Below, in pieces: positions 35,175-42,681 of a stretch of 44,834 bases of DNA. The translations under genes and the position numbers were made by a program. The DNA lies in NCBI GenBank assembly GCA_035628055.1, contig DASPKO010000156.1:1-44834 (forward strand), written 5' to 3'. Under the pieces are notes generated by a model. It was given only the letters and a program-made list of their open reading frames with translations. It had not been told where the DNA came from and searched no databases. Source of the stretch: Phycisphaerales bacterium. GTDB lineage: Bacteria > Planctomycetota > Phycisphaerae > Phycisphaerales > UBA1924. Position 1 is the stretch's first letter, and each line of letters opens with the position of its first letter.

Positions 35175-37466
35175 ATGCCCCCCCGCGTCCGCATAACCTC
35201 GCACCAGCGCCCGAACTCGCTTCGGCTGTCGCAGCGCGACCTGGACGCGATGCTCGCCGAGCTCGACGCGGGCCGCCCGGGGTCGAAGTCCACGAGCGTG
35301 CGCCGGTGCCGGCGCCGGCAGTTCCGCCAGCTCGCGCTGCCCATGGAGATCCTGCAGCCGGGCGGAACCTGGTCGCGGTTCGCGGTGGTGTCGCGGAACA
35401 TCTCCCGGTCGGGGATGGCCCTGCTGCACCGGGCGTACGTGCACGTCGGGGTGCGCTGCACCGTGGCCCTCCCGCTCACCGAGGGCCGGGTGCTCAACTG
35501 CCCCGCCCGCGTGGTGCGCTGCCAGCACATCCGGGGGATGGTGCACGAGATCGGGCTCTGCTTCGACGCGCCCATCGAGCTCCGCGAGGTCGCGGCGCTC
35601 GACCTGGGGTCGGACTGGATGGCCGCCGAGCGCGTCGAGCCGCGGGCGCTCTGCGGGACGATGCTGCTGATCGACCCCAACGCCGAGGACCGGTCGCACC
35701 TGCGCGAGCTGCTGGGCCGCACCAAGATCATCCTCACCGAGGCCGACGGCCCCGAGGCGGCGATGGGCCTGCTGGCGTCCCCGTTCGGGATCATCCTCAC
35801 CGAGTTCACCTTCCGGGGCAAGGGGGACGAGGACCTGGTGCGCGGCCTGCGCGCCTGCTGCCCGCAGACGCCCGTGATCGTGGTCACGCAGAACATCTCC
35901 GAGGTCACGCGCCGGCGGCTGGCGACCCTCTCCAGCGGCGTGCTGCTCAAGCCCCTGGACGAGGCGACGCTGCACCGCGCCCTGGCCGAGTTCCTCCTCC
36001 CGCTCCCGGGCGCGGGCGAGCCGCGCGACGTGCGCGGGCCCAAGAAGAAAGGCGGCGACGTGGCCAGCGACGACCAGCCGACCCTCGAGCAGCTCAACCT
36101 TTCCGGCAGCTTCGGGCGGGCCGCGGGCACGGCCCGTGCCGGGTTCCTGCCCGTCCCGCTCGAGCGCATCCCGCTCGCGGCGGTGCAGCGGCTGCCCCTG
36201 TACACCCGCGTGCGCGAGACCGCCAACGACGAGAGCGACTTCAGCCTCTACCGGGCCCCGGAGGTCCCCTTCACCGCGACGGACCGGGACCGCCTGCTGG
36301 CCTCGGGCGTGCGGTTCGTCTACCTTCGCATGGCCGACCAGCCCGTCCTCCGGGCCACCTCGCTCAGCGCGCTTCCCGAGATCGCGGCCGACCAGGCGAC
36401 CACCGCGGCCACGCGGGCCGCCATCGTCTATGACGCGAGCATCGAGCTGGTCAATGAGATCCTCGCGGACCAGAACTCCCCGGAGATGCCCGCCAAGCTC
36501 GCGAAGGTGAGCGCGGCCCTGAGCTACGTGGTGCTCAATGACCGCCGGGCCTTCGCCCACCTCTTCTCGGCCGCCCACCACGACTTCTACGCCGCCACGC
36601 ACATGGTCAACGTGGCCGCCGGCATGACCTGCCTGGCCTTCAACCTCGGGCACAACGACCCCGCCTTCCTGGCCGCGGTCTGCCAGGCCGGGCTCCTCCA
36701 CGACATCGGCAAGCAGCACATCCCCGAGCACGTGCTCAACAAGCGCGGGCGGCTGCACCCGGACGAGTGGGCGATCATCCGCGAGCATCCGACGCGCGGC
36801 TGCGAGCAACTGGCCCGCTTCCCGGGCTTGGACCCGCTCGTGACCACCGTCACGCGCCAGCATCACGAGCGGCTCGACGGCTCGGGCTACCCCGACGGGC
36901 TCAAGGGGCAGGAGATCCATCCCGTCAGCCGGATGTGCGGGCTCGTGGACTCCTTCGACGCCATGACCGCTTTCCGACCCTTCAAGACCCGGACGTTCAG
37001 CGTCGCCAAGGCGATGGAGATCCTCGAGGCCGAGACCCCGACGCGGTACGACTCGGAGACCTTCGACGCCTGGAAGAAGCTGGTCTCCACGGTCTCGGAG
37101 CTGGAGCTGGGGGCGGGCGAAGCGACCGCCTCCGGCGGCGCGGACCCCGGCAGCGAGGCGGACCGCCGGCAGCACGAGCGGCACCCGCTGCACGCGCCGG
37201 CGCGCGTCCATCCGGTCGTCGTCTCGGGCACGGGCTGGGTGGAACAGCCGGGCATGCAAGTGGTCATGCACAGCCTGTCGCGCTCGGGCATGGGGTTCCT
37301 GAGCCCGGCCCCGGTGCAGATCGGCGAGTTCGTGCGCGTGTACCTGGCCGGGGCGGGGGAGAAGGTCTTCGAGGGCCAGACCGTCCGCAATCGGGCCTAC
37401 CGGGACGGCTGGTTCGAGATCGGCATGGCCTTCGCGCCGCTGCCCACCATGAGCGCCGCGGCCTGA
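35175..37466 (+). CDS. Fused PilZ / receiver-like / HD-GYP / PilZ-like protein (single-ORF paralog of the two preceding genes)
   Basis: AGGAGG upstream of ATG 35175. Colinear with 32718-33590 plus 33692-35089. Motifs in order: RRRQFR...NISRSG; MLLIDPN, GIILTEF (E210, codon 35802-35804), VIVVTQN, LLKP; AGLLHDIGK, HHERLDGSGYPDGL; RRQHER...HSLSRSG. Confidence 0.85.
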   Translation: MPPRVRITSHQRPNSLRLSQRDLDAMLAELDAGRPGSKSTSVRRCRRRQFRQLALPMEILQPGGTWSRFAVVSRNISRSGMALLHRAYVHVGVRCTVALPLTEGRVLNCPARVVRCQHIRGMVHEIGLCFDAPIELREVAALDLGSDWMAAERVEPRALCGTMLLIDPNAEDRSHLRELLGRTKIILTEADGPEAAMGLLASPFGIILTEFTFRGKGDEDLVRGLRACCPQTPVIVVTQNISEVTRRRLATLSSGVLLKPLDEATLHRALAEFLLPLPGAGEPRDVRGPKKKGGDVASDDQPTLEQLNLSGSFGRAAGTARAGFLPVPLERIPLAAVQRLPLYTRVRETANDESDFSLYRAPEVPFTATDRDRLLASGVRFVYLRMADQPVLRATSLSALPEIAADQATTAATRAAIVYDASIELVNEILADQNSPEMPAKLAKVSAALSYVVLNDRRAFAHLFSAAHHDFYAATHMVNVAAGMTCLAFNLGHNDPAFLAAVCQAGLLHDIGKQHIPEHVLNKRGRLHPDEWAIIREHPTRGCEQLARFPGLDPLVTTVTRQHHERLDGSGYPDGLKGQEIHPVSRMCGLVDSFDAMTAFRPFKTRTFSVAKAMEILEAETPTRYDSETFDAWKKLVSTVSELELGAGEATASGGADPGSEADRRQHERHPLHAPARVHPVVVSGTGWVEQPGMQVVMHSLSRSGMGFLSPAPVQIGEFVRVYLAGAGEKVFEGQTVRNRAYRDGWFEIGMAFAPLPTMSAAA

Positions 37467-37693
37467 GCACCGGCGCGGCGGCGGGCGGTGGCCGGTCGAG
37501 CCCGGCCCGTCTGCGCGTCAGCGCCGCGGTTTTTCCGTCGAGCCCGCCCGCGCGGTCCCGCTCATGCCCCGGCGCGCCCGGGAGCCTATCGCCCCCGGGC
37601 CCCGGCAACCGGGGCCTCGGCGGACCGGTACACGGGCTCGTCGACGCCGCATGTCACAGGGGCCACGCCCCACCGCCCCGGGAGACCGCCGCC

Positions 37694-38980
37694 ATGCCCT
37701 TCCGTGCACTTGCTGTCGCGATCGCCGCGCTGCCCCTGCTCGGTGAATCGGCCCGCGCGGTCCCACCGACCGACGCGCAGATCGAGCAGGCGGTGGCCAA
37801 GCACCGGGCCGTGCTGGACCGTGGCCCGGTCAAGCGCGAGGACCTGGTCGCCTCGGCGCACGCGGCCCTGGCCGGGCTCGATGTCCGCGAGATGACCGGC
37901 GTGCAGCTCGGCGTCCTGGCAAACCACTACAACATTCTCGAATACGCCGGCCAGTGGGAGGCGGCCAAGGAACGCCTGCGGAGCTTCCTGCCGGACCGGG
38001 GTGCCGACGGAGCCTCGGCGGCGGTGCGGCTGCTCGGTGAGCGGCTCCGGGCCGCCGGCGATGAGAAGTCCAAGCTCGCGCTCCTGCGGGACATCGTGAC
38101 GCACCCCGGGCTCGAGGAGGCCATCCGCCGCGGCGGGGCGACGCGCGTGCTCGGCATTTTGGGGGCCGAGAGCGGTACCCTGGCGGCCCAGCTCGGCCCC
38201 GAGCTGGAGAGTCTCGACCGGCTTCTGACGCCCGAGCTCGCACCCCTGCTGGCGCCGGACTACATCGCCTACTTCGAACTCCGCCAGCGGAGCGGGACCG
38301 ATGGGCCGCGGGAGGCCATCGAGCAGCTCCGCCAGAAGCTCGTGCGCCTGGCCCGTGAGGCGGCCGCCAGAGAGGGAGTCACGCACCGCGAGTTCATCGC
38401 GAGCGTCGCCGACTACCTCGACGGGCGGCACGTCAGGGGACAGTTGCTCGGGCACGCGGCCCCCGGCCTCACGGTGCTCTGGTCGAGCGACCCCGCGATC
38501 CGGTCCCTGGACGATCTTCGCGGGCGCGTGGTGGTGCTGGATTTCTGGGCGACCTGGTGCGGCCCGTGCGTCGCGACCTTCCCGCAGGTCCGCGAGCTCG
38601 AGGCGCGCTACCGGGACTACCCGGTCACGATCCTGGGCGTGAGCAGCCCGCAGGGGAGCGTGGTCGGGCTCGACGGGGGGGCCGTCAAGGCGGATTCGCC
38701 CGAGCACGAGTTCGGGCTGATGCGCCGCTACATCGAGGAGAAGCAGGTCACCTGGCCGCTCATCTTCACGCGTGAGCCGGTCACCAACCCGGACTACGGC
38801 GTGCGCGGGATCCCGCACGTCGTGATCATCGATCCCAAGGGCGTGGTCCGCCACCGCGGCCTGCACCCGGCCGAGCCCCTGGCCAAGAAGGCCGCGAAGA
38901 TCGATGCCCTGCTGACCGAGTTCGGGCTCGCGGCCCCCCCACCGCCCGCCCAGGAGCCGGCGCCCTCTCCGGACCGCTGA
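37694..38980 (+). CDS. TlpA-like thiol:disulfide oxidoreductase (thioredoxin fold) with a long helical N-terminal domain
   Basis: ATG 37694, signal peptide MPFRALAVAIAALPLLGESARA. A helical region of about 270 aa is followed by VVLDFWATWCGPCVATFP (WCxxC active site), ILGVS and GIPHVVIIDPKG. The first 309 codons of the track ORF overlap the preceding gene out of frame and are not credible. Confidence 0.8.
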   Translation: MPFRALAVAIAALPLLGESARAVPPTDAQIEQAVAKHRAVLDRGPVKREDLVASAHAALAGLDVREMTGVQLGVLANHYNILEYAGQWEAAKERLRSFLPDRGADGASAAVRLLGERLRAAGDEKSKLALLRDIVTHPGLEEAIRRGGATRVLGILGAESGTLAAQLGPELESLDRLLTPELAPLLAPDYIAYFELRQRSGTDGPREAIEQLRQKLVRLAREAAAREGVTHREFIASVADYLDGRHVRGQLLGHAAPGLTVLWSSDPAIRSLDDLRGRVVVLDFWATWCGPCVATFPQVRELEARYRDYPVTILGVSSPQGSVVGLDGGAVKADSPEHEFGLMRRYIEEKQVTWPLIFTREPVTNPDYGVRGIPHVVIIDPKGVVRHRGLHPAEPLAKKAAKIDALLTEFGLAAPPPPAQEPAPSPDR

Positions 38981-39256
38981 GAATCTCACGGCGAGGTCTT
39001 CCGCCGACGACGGCCCGGGGCTGCGCGCCCGCGCGGAGCGCCGCTGCTTATCGGCCTGCCCGTGGATCGAGGGCGTCACCGCCGGCCCCCCTTTCCGGCG
39101 CAAACGGCGCGGGCGGCGCGGGCTTCGCCCCGCTTCACCGCGCGGCTGGTGCGGGCCGGGAGGGAATTGCACGCTTCAGCATCGGGTGGGCGCAGTGGAC
39201 CGCGACTCACCGACGGGCAGGACGAGCCGACCCTCGGCCTGGCTGCCCCTGCCAAG

Positions 39257-39293
39257 AACCCCAGGCCGGCTGCCTCCCCGACCTGGGGTTTTT
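39257..39293. terminator. Intrinsic terminator between convergent genes (best U-tract on the + strand)
   Basis: Stem CCCCAGG (39259-39265) / CCTGGGG (39282-39288), flanked by AGAA upstream and TTTTT (39289-39293) downstream. It lies 23 nt from the stop of the minus-strand ATPase gene and about 280 nt after the tlpA-like stop. Confidence 0.7.
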
Positions 39294-39315
39294 CGTTGGG
39301 TACAACCGCCTCGCG

Positions 39316-41397
39316 TTAGGACGCGGCGGCAGCGGGAGCCATCACCATCGAGCCGGCGCGCCGCTGGCGCAGGGTCTCGGCGGATCGCGCCGGTTCGGCC
39401 TCGGCCTGCCCCTCGCCGAAGCGGAAGAGGCGGAACGAGTTGCCGATCACGAATACGTCACCGACGAAGTGGTAGAGAGCCGCCAGGGGGACGGCCAGGT
39501 TGCCCGTCGCCGCCAAGGCCAGCCCGATGAGCGCGATCACGATAGAGGCGGCGATGTTCTGGGCGACGATGTTCCGTGTCCGCCGCGCCAGTTCGATGAG
39601 GAACGGCACGCGTGAGAGGTCGTCGTTCATCAGGGCCACGCCGGCCGAGTTGGCCGCGATGTCCGACCCGCCCAGGCCCATCGCCACGCCCACGTCGGCG
39701 GCGGCGAGGGAGGGCCCGTCGTTGATCCCGTCGCCCACCATCAGCACGCGCCGCCCCGAGCGCGTGAGCTGCTCGATGAGCGCGTGCTTCTCCTCGGGCA
39801 GGCACTCGGCCTCGACGGCGTCGACGCCCACGGCCCGCCCCACCCGCTCCGCCACCGAGAGCCGGTCGCCCGTGAAGATCGCCAGCCAGCGCACCCCCAG
39901 CTCGCGGAGGCGGTCCATCACCGCCTTGGTGTTCGGGCGCAGCTTGTCCTCCAGGCCCACGGCCCCGAGGTAGCGCGCCTGCCCGCCGCCCGTCACCCGG
40001 GCCACGTGCACGCTGGTGATCCCCTCCAGCCGCGCCTCGGCGGCCGCCAGGTCGTCCGCGACCGCGGGGAGCGTCTCGCGCAGCCACGAGGCCCGGCCCA
40101 CGCGGAGCTCGCCCATGGAGGTGCGTGCCGCGATCCCGCGGCCGTGGAACTCCTCGTAGTCGGCGGTGCCGTCGGGCTTGATCCGTGCCGCCTCGGCGGT
40201 CGCCAGGATCGAGCGCGCCAGCGGGTGGTTGGAGTGCTGCTCGCCGTTGGCGGCGGCCTGGAGCAGCTCGGCCCCCTCGACGCCCGGCGCCGGCACCAGG
40301 CGCGAGACCGTGAACCGCCCCGTGGTGATCGTGCCGGTCTTGTCGAGCACGACCGTGTCGATGGAGCCCGCGGCCTCGAGGTACGAGGTCTGCTTGATGA
40401 GAATGCCCAGGCGGGCCGCCGAGGCGAACGCCGCGACCATCGCGCTCGGGCTGGCCAGAAGGAGGGCCGACGGGCAGGTGACCACCAGCACGGTGATGGC
40501 GGTCTCCACGTCCTTGGTGAGGAACCAGACGATGAAGGCGACCGAGAGGGCCACGGGCACGAAGAACCGCGCCACCTGCTCGATCAGGAGCTGCCGCGGG
40601 GTCCGGCTCTGCTCCGCGGCGCGGATCAACTGGCTGACCTTGCCGATGGTCGTGTCCTGCCCGACCTGGGTGGCGCGCACGTCGATCGCCCCCGACAGGT
40701 TGGTCGTGCCCGCGTACACCGGCTCCCCGGGCTGGACCTCGTGGGGGACGGCCTCGCCGGTCAGCGACGCCTGGTTGAGCGTGGAACGCCCCGAGACCAC
40801 CACGCCGTCCACCGGCAGGTTCTCGCCGGGACGGACGCGCACCACCTGCCCGACCCTCACCTCGGCGATGTGGACCTCGCGCTCGAGGCCCGCGTCGATC
40901 ACGCGCGCCGTGTCGGGGGTGAGACCCACGAGCTGCTCGATGGCCCGCTGGGCGCCGAAAGCGGTGCGCCGCACCACCTGGTCGGCGATGAGCAGGATGA
41001 AGGCCAGGAAGCCCGCGGTCTCGAACTGCTGGGTCGCGATCGCCGCCAGGATCGCGATCGCCGCCAGGGAAGAGGACGAGACCCGCTTGTCCCGCACCTC
41101 GGTGTAGGCGGCGATGAAGAGCGGGGTCGAGAGCATCAGGGCGCCGATCAGGGCCGGGATGCCCGCCACCTCGGCGGGAATGGTCTCGCCGAAGAACCGC
41201 TTGGCGATGGTCGTGGAGAGGACGAGGATGCCCCCGACCAGGTAGACGAGCATGTAGCGCTCGATCTCGACTTCGTGGTGGGAGCAGCAGGCCATGGGCT
41301 CGCCGGCGGCGGCCCGCTCGCCGTGCACGTCGGGGGAAACCACGTCGTGCCGGTGGCTGTGCCCGTGCGCTGGCTGCGGGCCGGGAGAGGTCTGCAT
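39316..41397 (-). CDS. Heavy-metal translocating P1B-type ATPase (no HMA domain, His/Cys-rich N-terminus, CPS motif in TM6)
   Basis: ATG 41397 with GGAG 9 nt upstream. DKTGTIT phosphorylation site, TGE (LTGEAVP), SNHPLA (HP motif) and GDGINDGP hinge. TM6 reads VVTCPSALLLASP (TGC CCG TCG at 40468-40476). N-terminus PAHGHSHRHD...MACCSHHE. Only the last 693 codons of the 1623-aa track ORF are real. Confidence 0.9.
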   Translation of the reverse strand: MQTSPGPQPAHGHSHRHDVVSPDVHGERAAAGEPMACCSHHEVEIERYMLVYLVGGILVLSTTIAKRFFGETIPAEVAGIPALIGALMLSTPLFIAAYTEVRDKRVSSSSLAAIAILAAIATQQFETAGFLAFILLIADQVVRRTAFGAQRAIEQLVGLTPDTARVIDAGLEREVHIAEVRVGQVVRVRPGENLPVDGVVVSGRSTLNQASLTGEAVPHEVQPGEPVYAGTTNLSGAIDVRATQVGQDTTIGKVSQLIRAAEQSRTPRQLLIEQVARFFVPVALSVAFIVWFLTKDVETAITVLVVTCPSALLLASPSAMVAAFASAARLGILIKQTSYLEAAGSIDTVVLDKTGTITTGRFTVSRLVPAPGVEGAELLQAAANGEQHSNHPLARSILATAEAARIKPDGTADYEEFHGRGIAARTSMGELRVGRASWLRETLPAVADDLAAAEARLEGITSVHVARVTGGGQARYLGAVGLEDKLRPNTKAVMDRLRELGVRWLAIFTGDRLSVAERVGRAVGVDAVEAECLPEEKHALIEQLTRSGRRVLMVGDGINDGPSLAAADVGVAMGLGGSDIAANSAGVALMNDDLSRVPFLIELARRTRNIVAQNIAASIVIALIGLALAATGNLAVPLAALYHFVGDVFVIGNSFRLFRFGEGQAEAEPARSAETLRQRRAGSMVMAPAAAAS

Positions 41398-41595
41398 CGG
41401 GGCTGGCTCCGTGATGGGTCCCGGGCGCGGCGCGCCGGCCCGAGCGGGCCGGCGTTCTCGCCTCCCGGGCGCGACCCGGCCGGGACGCCGGGCCGTGGCT
41501 CCAGGGGGGCGATATGGTAGCCGTGAGGGCCCGGCGGCCGTCGCAAGCGTTACGCGGACGGGCTCGGCGCGGTTCAGACCGTGGAGGCACGCGAC

Positions 41596-42681
41596 ATGGC
41601 GTCGGGCAAGCCAGCGCGGTCGGGACGGGCAGGGCCGGGGAGCGCGACCGGGCCGAAAGTCGCCATCCTCGGGCTGGGGCAGATGGGCCTGGTCTGCGCC
41701 GCGGCGTTGGCCGGGGGGGAGCGCCCCGCGGACCAGGGGCCGCTCCCCGGGGTCGTGATGTGGGGTCACAGCCGGGACGAGGCGGACCTGCTCGGCCAGA
41801 CCCGTGCCAGCCCGCGCCTGCCAGGGTTCGTCCTGCCCGACACCGTCCGCGTCGCGATGACCGACGCCGAAGCGCTCGGGGGCGCCGGGCTCATCGTGTC
41901 GGCCGTGCCCGTCCAGTTCATGCGCTCGGTGTGGGAGCGCCTGGCGGGGCTGGTGCCCGGGGACGCGGCGGTGGTGTCGGTCTCCAAGGGGATCGAGAAC
42001 GGCACGCTGCTGCGCCCGACCGAGATCGTGCGGGACGTGCTGGGCGCCGGCCGGGCGCTGGCCCCGGTGGGCGTGCTCTCGGGCCCGACGATCGCGGCCG
42101 AGCTGGCACGCTACCGCCCCGCCACCATGCTGGCCGCGAGCGCCGACGCGGGCCTGTCCGCGCGGCTCCAGGCCCTCTTCACCACGAGCTGGCTGCGGAT
42201 CTATACCCACGACGACGTGCCGGGGGTTGAGCTGGCGGGCGCCACCAAGAACGTGATCGCCATCGCGGCGGGCATCATCGACGGGCTGGGGGCGGGCTAC
42301 AACGCCAAGTCGGCCCTGCTGGCGCGCGGGCTGGCCGAGATCGTGCGCCTGGGCACGGCCATGGGGGCGAGCCCCGAGACCTTCTTCGGCATCGCCGGCG
42401 TGGGCGACCTGGCGACGAGCTGCTTCTCCCCCGAGGGGCGCAACCGGTCGTGCGGGGAGGCGCTGGGGCGCGGCGAGCCCCTGGCGGAGTACCTCAACCG
42501 GACCCGCTCGGTGGTCGAGGGCGTGGCCACGACCCGGAGCGTGATCGACCTGGCGCGCCGACACGGGGTGGACATGCCCATCGTCGAGGCGGTGCACGCG
42601 GTGCTCTTCGAGGGCCTCGACCCGATCGACGGGATCGCCCGGCTGATGAGCCGCAGGCCCACCGCGGAACGGATCGGCTAG
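41596..42681 (+). CDS. gpsA: NAD(P)H-dependent glycerol-3-phosphate dehydrogenase
   Basis: KVAILGLGQMG dinucleotide fold, SVSKGIE, LSGPTIAAE, ELAGATKNVIAIAAGI, GDLATSC and VEGVATT blocks. ATG 41596. Confidence 0.9.
   Translation: MASGKPARSGRAGPGSATGPKVAILGLGQMGLVCAAALAGGERPADQGPLPGVVMWGHSRDEADLLGQTRASPRLPGFVLPDTVRVAMTDAEALGGAGLIVSAVPVQFMRSVWERLAGLVPGDAAVVSVSKGIENGTLLRPTEIVRDVLGAGRALAPVGVLSGPTIAAELARYRPATMLAASADAGLSARLQALFTTSWLRIYTHDDVPGVELAGATKNVIAIAAGIIDGLGAGYNAKSALLARGLAEIVRLGTAMGASPETFFGIAGVGDLATSCFSPEGRNRSCGEALGRGEPLAEYLNRTRSVVEGVATTRSVIDLARRHGVDMPIVEAVHAVLFEGLDPIDGIARLMSRRPTAERIG

Noticed and set aside
35157-39172. 704-aa (35157..37271) and 528-aa (37586..39172) minus-strand ORFs, and the first 309 codons of + ORF 36767..38980
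   Set aside because: They are antisense to, or out of frame with, the fused HD-GYP gene and the tlpA-like gene. The real tlpA-like start is ATG 37694, which has a signal peptide.
39062-39319. 85-aa + strand ORF in the tlpA/ATPase intergenic gap
   Set aside because: It runs straight through the terminator hairpin, has poor codon-position bias and no RBS. The region is better explained as untranslated RNA.
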